Assembly: GCA_964474825.1 (NCBI GenBank)
Contig: CAYYWQ010000001.1
Span: 820,152 to 884,151, forward strand
Source of the DNA: an uncultured Candidatus Saccharibacteria bacterium
GTDB taxonomy: Bacteria > Patescibacteriota > Doudnabacteria > UBA920
Direction of reading: 5' to 3'
DNA length: 64,000 bases
Of the stretch, positions 10,504 through 20,134 are shown one piece after another; the first letter of the stretch is position 1, and each line of letters opens with the position of its first letter. A program made the position numbers and the translations under genes. The notes under the pieces were generated by a model. The model saw nothing but the letters and a program-made list of their open reading frames with translations, did no database searches and had not been told where the DNA came from.

Positions 10504-10654
10504 AGAAAATTCTGTTGATAAATAATGAGAAAATGCTTATTATAGATATAATAGCAAAACAAAGGACGTAGGCCAACTGTTTAACGACCTTACTAAAACC
10601 TTGTAAAGCTAAAGCAAGAAACTCATTCTCGGGACTACTAAGCCGTTCACGATT

Positions 10655-11689
10655 ATGGCAGAAAAAAAACATTTACCAACATATTTAATAGTAATAAGCT
10701 ACTGCGTCGCAGTATTTGTGGGAGCGGCGGGAGCTTCGGTCATTTGGCATAATGGCGGCCAAAAAACCTTACAAACAGTTGCCGCGCAAATTAAGCCGTT
10801 GCGGCAAAAAAATAACCCTTACCAATATATTAATCCCCTGCTGGGTTATGAAGTACCCGGCAATATTAAAGAGTTTAACGACTACGAGCCATTGCGGCAC
10901 AAAATTACCGAGGTCATTAACCAAAACATTGAACATAAACCCGACAGCTACGCTATTTATTTCCGCGATATAACCTTAGGACGCTGGAGCGGTGTCAATG
11001 AAGACACAGCCTACGCGCCCGCCAGTATGATGAAGGTCGTTATAATGATAGCTTACTTTAAGCAGGCGGAAACCGACCCGAACTTACTGGAAAAAACTTA
11101 TACCTACTCTTCCGCGGTTGGAAGCCAAATTAATGAAGTGCCTTTTGAAACTCCTTCGGAGCTGCAAATAAATAAAAGCTACACTGTGCGCCAGTTAATT
11201 GACGCCATGATAATCAATTCGGACAACGGCGCTAAAAATGTTTTACTGGATAATTTAAACCAAAATAACCTGGACGAAATTTATACCGACCTTGGACTGC
11301 CAAACCCCAGCCAGTCGGACAATTACCTAATAACGCCTAAGCAATTTTCTCTTCTGCTTCGCGTCCTTTATAACGGCAACTATTTAAGCCGCCAATATTC
11401 CGAACTGGCGCTGCAAATTATGAGCCAAGCCAAATACAACGAAGGCTTAGTCTCAGGGCTTCCAACCGGAACAACAGTGGCCCAAAAGTTTGGGGAAAAT
11501 ATCAGCACCGCGGAAGACTCTCTTACGATCACCCTGTCTAACTGCGGGATAATTTACCACCCCGGACACCCTTACATTTTATGTGTTATGACCAAGGGCT
11601 CAGACTTAAGTGGCCTTACCAAAACTATTGTTTCCATTTCCAGAGCTGTCTGGGAGGAGGTTGACTCTTACGCAAACAATAAAAAATAG
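10655..11689 (+). CDS. Membrane-anchored serine hydrolase, class A beta-lactamase-like fold
   Basis: N-terminal TM helix. SxxK (ASMMKV), SDN (NSDNGA) and a KxG-like (AQKFGE) motif are present. Confidence 0.5.
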   Translation: MAEKKHLPTYLIVISYCVAVFVGAAGASVIWHNGGQKTLQTVAAQIKPLRQKNNPYQYINPLLGYEVPGNIKEFNDYEPLRHKITEVINQNIEHKPDSYAIYFRDITLGRWSGVNEDTAYAPASMMKVVIMIAYFKQAETDPNLLEKTYTYSSAVGSQINEVPFETPSELQINKSYTVRQLIDAMIINSDNGAKNVLLDNLNQNNLDEIYTDLGLPNPSQSDNYLITPKQFSLLLRVLYNGNYLSRQYSELALQIMSQAKYNEGLVSGLPTGTTVAQKFGENISTAEDSLTITLSNCGIIYHPGHPYILCVMTKGSDLSGLTKTIVSISRAVWEEVDSYANNKK

Positions 11690-11724
11690 AAAAAAGGACA
11701 AACCATAAATTTCCCATATTATAA

Positions 11725-11752
11725 AAGCACCCCCACTCAGGGGTGCTTTTTA
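11725..11752 (+). terminator. Rho-independent terminator (bidirectional) between convergent genes
   Basis: AAAGCACCCC-CACTCA-GGGGTGCTTTTT hairpin with a T-run. Confidence 0.5.
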
Positions 11753-11776
11753 AATTGCAATAAAGTAACCTAAATT

Positions 11777-11989
11777 TTACTTGTCAGTATCCGGAATCAA
11801 GCCCTGGGTAATTAACACTGACCGCTGTTTTACGATTTCCGCGTCTTCCCCATAAAACAAACACAACCTGCCACAGCCGCGGCATTTAACTTCTAAAACT
11901 GTTGCGGAGTCATGTAGAGAGCCTTTGCAAAGAAGTTTATTACAAACCTTGCAGCGGTATTCTTTAAAAAATTTTGAGTCAATCGTCAT
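11777..11989 (-). CDS. Small C4 zinc-ribbon protein
   Basis: 70 aa, CKVC...CRGCG double CxxC pairs. Confidence 0.4.
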   Translation of the reverse strand: MTIDSKFFKEYRCKVCNKLLCKGSLHDSATVLEVKCRGCGRLCLFYGEDAEIVKQRSVLITQGLIPDTDK

Positions 11990-12053
11990 AGAAAATAATA
12001 AGTCTTACTACTATATACAATCACTTTTATCCGGTCCTGTCAAATAAGCTTCT

Positions 12054-12096
12054 GTAAAAAACAACCCCGCCCTGTCTTGCGACAGGGCGGGTTGTC
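12054..12096 (-). terminator. Intrinsic terminator downstream of the large surface protein gene
   Basis: ACAACCCCGCCCTGTC-TTGC-GACAGGGCGGGTTGT hairpin, followed by a T-run on the minus strand. Confidence 0.5.
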
Positions 12097-12147
12097 TTAA
12101 ACTTTTTGCAACTGGTTTAAGTCAGTACCTTATTTCTGGCTAAACGA

Positions 12148-15100
12148 CTAGTTGTGGATTGACACAGAGTTAGTCGGGTAGTTCGGAATATAAGTGGCTG
12201 TTAAGCTGGCGCCGTTAACGTTGTTGGTCTGTTTGACCGCAATGTTATCAGCGTTGCTGTTTACGTCTTTAAACGTAAATCCGGTAGCCGCACCCATTGT
12301 AACGGAGATAGTAGCACCAGGAGAGGCGGCAAATGTACCACCAACAGGCACCTGAATGTTATATGTCTTGCTTGTACCGGCACCAATTGTGTTGTCGGTA
12401 GACAAGGTTACAACAGTGGATCCGGAACCGCCGCTGGAAACTACCACAGCAGTGCTGCTGGCAGTTACACTTTGTCCTGTAGCATCGTCAACTATAGTGA
12501 CGCCTGCGCCGTTAATGATGGTGGTTGAAGCACCGCCAGAAGCGCTAAAGGTCAAAGGCAAGTTCCTGACAATAATATCACCCGCAGCGTTCGCAGTAAT
12601 AGTAACTTTGGCGACAGTTTGTGTGCCTGCAGTTAACAAAGCAGACGGAGCCGCAATGCTAACAGTAGGAGCGCTGCCTACCAAGTTAAAGCTGTTAGTA
12701 GCTGTGTTGTAGTAGTTGTCGTGGGTTGTACCACCGGCAATATACTTAACGTGGGTCAAGTTAACAGTGAATACCTGGTTACCGGTTTTGCCACCGACAC
12801 CAACGTTACCAAGGTTCATAGTAACCGGTACGTCTACACCGCTATAGGTGGTTGGAACAACAATGTTCAAACCAGAAATAGTTGTAGTAGCACCGACTAC
12901 GTTCCCGAGAACGCCGGCCGCAGTAATTCCAGTAACTGGGACTTCGTTAACCGTGCTAGTAGCCATAAAGTCTAACTGAGTAATAGTCAGACCGCCACTA
13001 GCGGCAACAAAGTTAAAGGTACCAGCTGGTTGGTTCTGGCCGCCCGCAATGACAAAGGAGTCGATTGGGGAAGAGGCCTTAAGAGTCAAAGAGCTGATTG
13101 TACCAACACCAACAGTAATGAGCTGACCGGTTACAGAGTTACCAGCAGAAGCAGCGCTCACAGTGGACACGCCTCCGTCAGTTGTTAAGTAAACAGTCTG
13201 GCTGCTGGTTGTACCAATACCCGTACCAGTTAAGCTGGGCTGTAAGGTACCAGAAGTGTTGCTGATGTCAGCATAGACATCAACAGTAGCAGTCTGGTTC
13301 ATAGCCACAGTGAAGTTAACGCTAAACTGGGTGGAAGAAGCGCCGGTCATTGGCGTGGTTCCGCTCGGGAAATCCGGAGTCACCAGGTAAAGGTTAGCAA
13401 TACCGGTGGACGGAGTAATCGAGTTGTTAGCGCCGGCAACAAAGGTGACAGTAAGAGTATTAACTCTTACTCCGTCAGCCTGGCTGGCCTGGATTACGAA
13501 CGAACCAATTTTCTGCTTGGTTAAGTTCGGGGCAATTGTTTGGTTGTTATAAGCAGTATTCTTACCTGTGGTCGCGGAGCTGGCAGAAACAGTCTGGGCT
13601 GTGCCAGTGTAGGTACTACCGGCTGTCGGACCTAAGGTGAAGGAGGTTACGCCCTGGAAAGAAGAAGTGGTGGTTGTCACCAAATCAGCTCTAACCGTGG
13701 CCACTCCGGTGTTGCTTACTAGGGTGTTATCACCCTTAACTGTAACAGTTACAGTCTGGCCGGCCGGGATTGTGAACAAATTGGTCGTGCCATAGGTGTA
13801 AGAAATTACACCGGTACTGTCAGCAGTTGAAGTGGAGTAAAGCGCGCTCTGGGAAGAACCGACGCTACCACCGTTAACATACAAAGAAAGGTTATTGAAA
13901 CCTTCTGTGGCTCCAGCGGAAGCTACAGCTCCAGCCGCGTTCTTGTAAGTCAAAGTGACTTTCAAGGTTTGAACTTTCACATCTTCACCATAAGCCTTCA
14001 TAGTCCATTGGCCTAAGGTTACGTTGGAAGCGTTCTTAACGAACTGGTTTTGGGTGTACGTAGGATCAGTCTGGATGCTGACTGTACCGCTGTTAACAGA
14101 GGTCAAGCCAGGATTTAACTGAACAATGGTCGCACCGCTGCTGCCAGTCAAAGGAACGTTAACGCCGTAGCTTGAGTCCAAGAACAAGGCGTCAGTAGAA
14201 GACTGGATGGTAAATTCGTAGTTGTAGGAAGAACCTTTAACTACATCACCATGAAGTTCAATAGTGTGGCTGCCTGTGTTCAAGTTAACCGGGCTGCCGG
14301 ATAAGTCGAAGATAACCACATTGGTGTTGGCACCGCTGTTCATAACGGAAGCAGTGCTGCCGGCTTGGGAGCCGTCCACCATCAGTTTAAGATTTTGGAT
14401 AGCGTCTGCAGCGACGGAACCAATTTGCTTGAACTGAATGTACTGTAACTTAACAGCTCTCTGGCTGACTGAAACAGTCGTACCCCAGAGGTTAGCATTC
14501 ATAGTGCCGGCATTAATGCTGCCCGCGGTACCAGCGCTGGCGCCGGAACCGGTAATGACACTGTTCATGTTGCTGTTAACGCTCAACTGCACGCTAGCGA
14601 CATCGCTAACCGCGGCAATGTTGAATAAGTTACCAGTAATGGAGGTAGACATTGGGGTGCCGTTGGCAACCGTGTAGGAAGCCAATTGAGCGCCTACTGT
14701 CTGACCGGAAACGGAGCTGGCCACGTCAACTCTCACGCCAATAACGGCAGAGCCATTAACTGTGAACAAACCGTTGGAATTTGCAAAGGTTACCTGTCCG
14801 TTGGAGAACGTACCGGCATCGGTGATGCGGTTGTTGCCCATGTAGAGGTAAACATTGTTGATGCTGGTGTCAGAAGAAACACCAGTTCTCTTAATAACAA
14901 CCTGGGTTACAGTGCCTGTGCCGCTAAAGGCAAAGTGGGCAATGTCAGCGCCAGTTTGGCTACCTCGTGTAGTAACAGAGGAGGAAACCAAGGTGTTAGC
15001 AGCCGGGGTGTCGGAGGAAAGCATAGCGCTTACGCTGCCGTTAACTACCGGAGGCTGATTTGGGTTGCCTGGGTTGCTACCAGTTGTCCAAGTCGGGTTC

Positions 15101-15777
15101 AATTGGCCAGCTTGGCGGGCTACCATGACGCCAGTTTGGGTCAAAGCTTTGTCCGCTGTGTTGGCCGGAACCACGTCGCTGAAGGAATAGCCCCAGCTGT
15201 TGAAGGTGGTAAGGTCAGGAATACCCAATAAGCCGTTGCTGCCGACTAATTGGACTGTACCGCCGTTATTGACCAAAACACCTGTGCGGTGAGCAGCAGT
15301 TGTGTTGTCAATGTTGGAGGTTTTGCTTAAGAAGGAAGAATCACCATACTGTGCGCGGCTAAAGCTAAAGCCGTTGCCGGTGAACACGGAAGCGCTGGTA
15401 AAAGCGGCTTTCATGCCTCCGGTGACCAAGGCACATTCGCCTTTGACATCGGAACCTTTAGTAGCGGTGGCACAGAAGATTTTGCCGTCTTGCGGAGGAA
15501 TGAATCCAGCCGAGTCAACAGGCAAATTGAGGTCATCCGAGTTAGCATCTACTACGGTCGCAAACGAGTTGAAACCATAAGAAGTAAATGCTCCCGCGGA
15601 GGTGTAGGCGCGGCGGGTGCCACTGGAAGTAATGTACCAGATGGTGCCATCCGAGCTTTTGACGTTTGTGCCTACGCCGTGCGCAGCAGCGTGAGCTGCT
15701 AACGGGGCGACTAGGGACGCAACCATCGCGGCAGCGGAACCTACAGCAAAGATTTTCTTTGCGAGAGTATCTTGCAT
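12148..15777 (-). CDS. Large secreted Thr/Ser/Gly/Asn/Val-rich low-complexity surface protein (S-layer or adhesin-like)
   Basis: 1209-aa ORF. Signal peptide MQDTLAKKIFAVGSAAAMVASLVAPLAAHAAAHG. SD AAGGAG upstream. Leader/promoter region of about 680 bp. Confidence 0.6.
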   Translation of the reverse strand: MQDTLAKKIFAVGSAAAMVASLVAPLAAHAAAHGVGTNVKSSDGTIWYITSSGTRRAYTSAGAFTSYGFNSFATVVDANSDDLNLPVDSAGFIPPQDGKIFCATATKGSDVKGECALVTGGMKAAFTSASVFTGNGFSFSRAQYGDSSFLSKTSNIDNTTAAHRTGVLVNNGGTVQLVGSNGLLGIPDLTTFNSWGYSFSDVVPANTADKALTQTGVMVARQAGQLNPTWTTGSNPGNPNQPPVVNGSVSAMLSSDTPAANTLVSSSVTTRGSQTGADIAHFAFSGTGTVTQVVIKRTGVSSDTSINNVYLYMGNNRITDAGTFSNGQVTFANSNGLFTVNGSAVIGVRVDVASSVSGQTVGAQLASYTVANGTPMSTSITGNLFNIAAVSDVASVQLSVNSNMNSVITGSGASAGTAGSINAGTMNANLWGTTVSVSQRAVKLQYIQFKQIGSVAADAIQNLKLMVDGSQAGSTASVMNSGANTNVVIFDLSGSPVNLNTGSHTIELHGDVVKGSSYNYEFTIQSSTDALFLDSSYGVNVPLTGSSGATIVQLNPGLTSVNSGTVSIQTDPTYTQNQFVKNASNVTLGQWTMKAYGEDVKVQTLKVTLTYKNAAGAVASAGATEGFNNLSLYVNGGSVGSSQSALYSTSTADSTGVISYTYGTTNLFTIPAGQTVTVTVKGDNTLVSNTGVATVRADLVTTTTSSFQGVTSFTLGPTAGSTYTGTAQTVSASSATTGKNTAYNNQTIAPNLTKQKIGSFVIQASQADGVRVNTLTVTFVAGANNSITPSTGIANLYLVTPDFPSGTTPMTGASSTQFSVNFTVAMNQTATVDVYADISNTSGTLQPSLTGTGIGTTSSQTVYLTTDGGVSTVSAASAGNSVTGQLITVGVGTISSLTLKASSPIDSFVIAGGQNQPAGTFNFVAASGGLTITQLDFMATSTVNEVPVTGITAAGVLGNVVGATTTISGLNIVVPTTYSGVDVPVTMNLGNVGVGGKTGNQVFTVNLTHVKYIAGGTTHDNYYNTATNSFNLVGSAPTVSIAAPSALLTAGTQTVAKVTITANAAGDIIVRNLPLTFSASGGASTTIINGAGVTIVDDATGQSVTASSTAVVVSSGGSGSTVVTLSTDNTIGAGTSKTYNIQVPVGGTFAASPGATISVTMGAATGFTFKDVNSNADNIAVKQTNNVNGASLTATYIPNYPTNSVSIHN

Positions 15778-16270
15778 TTTATTATATTGCTCCTTTTCCA
15801 GGATTGATTATTCAATTGAGACAATCAATTGGTCTGGAAAAATTTTAATTAATGTTTTCCCAATTCGCATTGGGACACCCCCCTGTCCTTTAAACTATTG
15901 TCGCTCTAGAGATCAACAAAGGCTTAAAAATACAAAGGTGTGATTATTGGTATCCTAAGAAGGAACTTTAACGCCAACAGATCGACCTTGGCACAAAATG
16001 TTCTTTGTATATTTTCCCCAAGCATGGAACTAAAATACGCAAAGCTTTTTGGCCCAGTTAGCTGGCACCTTAATAGGTCAATAACTAAAGTTGTAAAAGA
16101 CAACTAAAGAATGACTCGAAACGCTTTTAAAACTACAGTTGTATAAACGCTATAGTTTTTGGCTTTGTTTCAAGCTTCTAGAGTTATCTAACACCAAGAC
16201 GGGCTAAAGCAGTGGTATGTTACAGCCGTGTTGATGTTTCTGACCAAATGGTTTTTAAGACACAAAAAGC

Positions 16271-16333
16271 CAGGAAATCCACACAAATTTTAGCTTATTT
16301 AAGGCTAATTTATAAATTTGTGGATATTTCCTG
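16271..16333. repeat. 20-bp inverted repeat (CAGGAAATCCACACAAATTT / AAATTTGTGGATATTTCCTG) forming a long hairpin between tRNA-Pro and the surface-protein gene
   Basis: Seen directly. 20-bp arms, 23-nt loop. Confidence 0.4.
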
Positions 16334-16465
16334 ACCTTCTAATTCACAGGCTGTGTATAAATTGGAGATGACGGTAATCAAGCTCTGTTTGAACATATTA
16401 ACCGCATTATAACAGAAGAGCTTAAGGTTGTCAAAGTAAAACAGAAAAATAAAATTAGTGTTCTA

Positions 16466-16539
16466 TGGTCGGGATGCAGGGAATTGAACCCTGTCTACCT
16501 GCTCCCAAAGCAGGCGTACTACCGGTATACGACATCCCG
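16466..16539 (-). tRNA. tRNA-Pro (anticodon UGG), CCA encoded
   Basis: Reverse complement GGGATGT...CTGCTTTGGGAGCAG...GGTTCAATTCCCTGCATCCCGACCA. Cloverleaf with a 7-bp acceptor stem, anticodon loop TTTGGGA. Confidence 0.85.
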
Positions 16540-16609
16540 TAAAACCTTTACAAATCTTAGCATTAAAAAAATAACAGGGCAATGCCCTGTTATTCCGATA
16601 AACTGATAA

Positions 16610-17452
16610 TTACTTAATCAGAGCATTCCAATCTTGAGCAAATTTTTCTAACCCCTTATCTGTAAGTTCGTGATTAACATCATAACTTTCCCATGGCTGG
16701 TCTAAATTTATTTCCTTGTATGGAATTGGCTTAAGATTTTTATTCTCGATTCTAGATTCTAGATTCTTCATTCCAGAAGCCTTCCACTCTTTTAGGACCT
16801 TAAGTGGCACAGTGAGAATATCGGACCCTAGCTCAATTGCTTTAACCATATGCTCTGGGTTGCGAACAGAGGCAGTTAAAACTTCTACATGCCCGTCTCC
16901 GCTGTTATACATTTTTATTATATTTTCAATCAGATCCATGCCATTTTCTCCTCTGTCGTCTAAACGGCCAATGAACGGGGAGACATAAACTTGTCCTTTA
17001 GAAGCGCCCTTGGTAGCCGCATAAATTGCCGCAGCCTGGTCTTGGCTAAAGACCAGGGTCATATTTACCCTAAGACCGTCTTTTACAGCCAATTCAGCGG
17101 CTTTTAGGCCTTCTGAGGTAGTTGGAAACTTAATATGGGCATTGGAAATCCACTGGTTAAACCCTGTTCCCTGCTCAAGCATTTCTTCGGCAGGCGTGTC
17201 CTTGTCAGCATAAACTTCTATAGAAACAGATCCCTCTGGTATTAAGTCCGAAACCCGTTTTGCCACGCTTTCATAAAAATTTAAAATCTCAGCCGCGGAA
17301 AATTTCTTGCCAACAGCGCCGGGGTTTTTGGCAATAAGAGAAGGATTAGTGGTTTGGCCGTCTAAAAAACCAAGCACCTTCAAAGCCTCCCTCGTTTCCG
17401 CCGGATCCCCGCTGTCTAAAAAAATTTTAGTTTTTAAATTTTGGGGCCTCAT
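16610..17452 (-). CDS. tal: Transaldolase / fructose-6-phosphate aldolase family
   Basis: N-terminus KIFLDSGDPAETREALKVLGFLDGQTTNPSL is typical of transaldolase. Confidence 0.8.
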   Translation of the reverse strand: MRPQNLKTKIFLDSGDPAETREALKVLGFLDGQTTNPSLIAKNPGAVGKKFSAAEILNFYESVAKRVSDLIPEGSVSIEVYADKDTPAEEMLEQGTGFNQWISNAHIKFPTTSEGLKAAELAVKDGLRVNMTLVFSQDQAAAIYAATKGASKGQVYVSPFIGRLDDRGENGMDLIENIIKMYNSGDGHVEVLTASVRNPEHMVKAIELGSDILTVPLKVLKEWKASGMKNLESRIENKNLKPIPYKEINLDQPWESYDVNHELTDKGLEKFAQDWNALIK

Positions 17453-17455
17453 GCT

Positions 17456-17923
17456 GTCTTTACTAACTACTAATAGTTACTAATATACTAATCAAGATTT
17501 ACAATCCTTTTATAATGCACACCTCTCGGAGCAAAATAGACTAATATCCCCAATTTTAAATTCTTAGCAACAAGATACTGATAAACTTGTTTAATGTGTG
17601 CCGAAGAAAAATGGTCGCCTTTTTTTAATTCCAATACAATAATATTTTCTATTAAAAAATCAAAAAAGTTTCTGCCAACAATTTTATCCCCAAACATTAC
17701 CGGCGCATACAATTGCTCTGTAAACTTGAATCCCGCTTGCCTTAAAGCTTCTGCCACTGCCTTTTGATAGGTTTTCTCGTCATAGCCATAACCGAGTTGG
17801 TTAAAAACGTTCATCACGCTCCCAACTATTCTATAGCACTCATCTTTATAAACCAAGCCGTCTCTTTTGTTGCCTTCTGCAGTCATTAGTATATTAGTAC
17901 AGATTCGTAGTTAGTAAAGACAG
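17456..17923. repeat. Cassette: two inverted repeats of about 38 bp (TACTAAC family) exactly bracketing the GxxExxY ORF
   Basis: Left 17456-17493 CTTTACTAACTACTAATAGTTACTAATATACTAAT. The reverse complement of right 17884-17923 is CTTTACTAACTACGAATCTGTACTAATATACTAAT. The stop and start codons lie inside the repeat termini. Confidence 0.6.
17488..17886 (-). CDS. GxxExxY-family protein
   Basis: 132 aa. Motif GYDEKTY (G-x-x-E-x-x-Y) and a C-terminal GILVYF region typical of the family. Confidence 0.7.
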   Translation of the reverse strand: MTAEGNKRDGLVYKDECYRIVGSVMNVFNQLGYGYDEKTYQKAVAEALRQAGFKFTEQLYAPVMFGDKIVGRNFFDFLIENIIVLELKKGDHFSSAHIKQVYQYLVAKNLKLGILVYFAPRGVHYKRIVNLD

Positions 17924-17927
17924 AAGA

Positions 17928-18635
17928 CTATCCAAATAGATGCTTGTCTTTGGAAAGCACTTTAATTAACTCGTAAGCTTCCTCAGCGTTGTCTACTAAA
18001 GAGTAAAGAGCCATGTCCTCTTTATTTATTGCTTTATTTTTTTCGTAAACAACTTTTGTTATCCATTCTAATAACGGCTGCCAAAAGGCTTTGTTAACTA
18101 AGATTATTGGTACGGCTTTTATTTTTTTGGTTTGGGTTAGGGTTATCATTTCAAACAATTCGTCTAAAGTACCAAAGCCGCCAGGGAAAAAAACATACAC
18201 CTGGGAAGCGTACTCGAGCATAACTTTTCTGGTAAAAAAGAAAGAAAAGGATTCGTATTCTTTTACGAATTGGTTGGTGCGCTGCTCAAACGGCAGGCGG
18301 ATGTTAATTCCGACCGATTTTCCTCCAGCCTCGTAAGCCCCTTTATTTGCAGCTTCCATAATGCCAGGGCCGCCGCCGGTCATAATGGCAAAACCGGCCT
18401 TGGAAAGCATATTACCAAGCTGCGTGGCTTCTTCGTAAACGCCGTTTTGCAGACCCACCCTGGCGCTACCCATTACGCTCACAGCTTTTTTGTAATGCCT
18501 TAAAAATTCAAAACCCTTAATAAATTCCGCGGTGATTTTGTTTATCATCCACTGCGGAATTTCCCGCATATGCCCTTTACGGACTTTTTCTAAATGCTCA
18601 ATGGGTTTGAATGCAGCTTTTTTTGTTTCAGGCAT
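17928..18635 (-). CDS. LOG-family protein (TIGR00730-like, cytokinin riboside 5'-monophosphate phosphoribohydrolase-like)
   Basis: Motifs [14 protein letters not shown] and [12 protein letters not shown]. Confidence 0.8.
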   Translation of the reverse strand: MPETKKAAFKPIEHLEKVRKGHMREIPQWMINKITAEFIKGFEFLRHYKKAVSVMGSARVGLQNGVYEEATQLGNMLSKAGFAIMTGGGPGIMEAANKGAYEAGGKSVGINIRLPFEQRTNQFVKEYESFSFFFTRKVMLEYASQVYVFFPGGFGTLDELFEMITLTQTKKIKAVPIILVNKAFWQPLLEWITKVVYEKNKAINKEDMALYSLVDNAEEAYELIKVLSKDKHLFG

Positions 18636-18691
18636 AAATTAATTGACTAGATTGACATGAATGATCAAGATTGGGCAAAAACGGCATTTAT

Positions 18692-18738
18692 GTCGTCCCG
18701 AATGCAATGAGGGACCCCTCGGCTGCACTCGGGATGAC
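18692..18738 (-). terminator. Palindromic element GTCGTCCCGA...TCGGGATGAC downstream of the aldolase gene (family also at 34032-34136)
   Basis: Inverted repeat seen directly. Positioned at a gene 3' end. Confidence 0.4.
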
Positions 18739-18789
18739 AACCATGATATCTTATAGGATTGTCACTTTTTAAATTTTGTTCAATGCTAT

Positions 18790-19839
18790 TTAGTCTTGCG
18801 TTGCTTCCCCGCCTGTTCCTGCTTCAAATCCTTTTTCCATTTCGGCAGAATATTTTCCCAAGGAAGCCAAGCTGTTCATTTTAGCGCGGTGCATAAAAAC
18901 TTTTTGCGCGGCTTCAAAATTTTCTTTCTTTCCCTGCCAAGTTTTTGTAGCTCCGTCCTGAAGCGCTCTGGCAAAAGAGAACGTTAAAGCCCAAGGAAGG
19001 TCACCGGTTTTATGCATGGCGTTTAAATTGGCCGTGGCTTCCAGCTCGCTCTGTCCGCCGCTTAAAAACGCTTGTCCAACTAATTCATTTGGTAAAATTT
19101 TCTTAAATACTCTTAAAGTTGCCTCTGCAACTTGCTCAGGCGTGGCTTTTTGAGCCGACCCTTTTCCCGGAATAACCATACTGGTTTTTAAAATTATTCC
19201 TTCAGTGGCCACGCCAGCGACTTTAAGTTCAGAAAATAGCGCGGTTAAAATTTTCTCGCTAGCTGCTTCGCTTTGCTCTATAGTATGGTCGCCCTCTATT
19301 AATACTTCCGGCTCTACCATAGGAACTAAGCCGTTTTCTTGGCAAACTAAAGCGTAGGCCGCTAAATCTTTAGCATTTTGGGCAATATTTGCGTCTGTTG
19401 GTGTGCCTTCACCAATAGTTATTACAGAACGCCACTTGCAGAATTTTGCTCCCAAAGCTACATATTCTTTTAGTCTGTCCCCAAGCCCTTCCAGACCTTT
19501 AGTGATTTTTTCTCCTTTATCACCAAAATCAACCAAACCTAAATCTACTTTTATTCCCGGTAAAATTCCTTCGCTCTGTAAAACAGAAACAAACGAGCGT
19601 CCGTCCGCAAGCGATTGCCGAATAGTTTCGTCGTGTAAAATTACTCCGCTAATATATTCACCCTCTCCCGGAGCAGTTAAAAGCATTTCGCGGAAAGCTT
19701 TTCTATTGGGCTCGTTGTTTTCCAAATTAATAGATGAAAAACGTTTACCTACCGTTTTTTCGCTCTCGTCCGCCGCCAAAATCCCCTTCCCCGGCGCAAC
19801 CATTTGTTTAGCAATTTTATTTAATTCTTGTGTATTCAT
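18790..19839 (-). CDS. fba: Fructose-bisphosphate aldolase, class I
   Basis: GKGILAADESEKTVGKRF...NEPNRKAFREMLLTAPG class I FBA signature. Confidence 0.85.
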   Translation of the reverse strand: MNTQELNKIAKQMVAPGKGILAADESEKTVGKRFSSINLENNEPNRKAFREMLLTAPGEGEYISGVILHDETIRQSLADGRSFVSVLQSEGILPGIKVDLGLVDFGDKGEKITKGLEGLGDRLKEYVALGAKFCKWRSVITIGEGTPTDANIAQNAKDLAAYALVCQENGLVPMVEPEVLIEGDHTIEQSEAASEKILTALFSELKVAGVATEGIILKTSMVIPGKGSAQKATPEQVAEATLRVFKKILPNELVGQAFLSGGQSELEATANLNAMHKTGDLPWALTFSFARALQDGATKTWQGKKENFEAAQKVFMHRAKMNSLASLGKYSAEMEKGFEAGTGGEATQD

Positions 19840-20132
19840 AAATTTTCTCCTTTATCAATTTTTTCTTTTAACAACTTAACTCTTTTTAATAAATCATCTT
19901 TCTCTTCCTGAGTTAATGCTCTTTTAAGCGCTTGTTCACCTTCCGAAACAAAAATATTTAGCACCCACTCAGGACTCTTTCCCTCTTTAAGAGAATCTAT
20001 AACATTTCTACGAAGATGGTCATAAAAAAACTTGCCCACATCATCACTTGATAAATCTCCTTCCAATTCTCTTCTCCAATTTTGTAAATCTTCTACTGGA
20101 ATTTTCCCTGTAAGCTTTTCTGTATCTCGCAT
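19836..20132 (-). CDS. Hypothetical protein (98 aa)
   Basis: ORF tightly packed between glpX and fba (3-nt and 4-nt junctions). Confidence 0.4.
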   Translation of the reverse strand: MRDTEKLTGKIPVEDLQNWRRELEGDLSSDDVGKFFYDHLRRNVIDSLKEGKSPEWVLNIFVSEGEQALKRALTQEEKDDLLKRVKLLKEKIDKGENL

Positions 20133-20134
20133 TT

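Noticed and set aside
12356-15848. Plus-strand ORFs (for example 14686..15231, 181 aa) inside the surface-protein gene
   Set aside because: Antisense shadows of a Thr/Ser/Gly-rich gene; no independent evidence.
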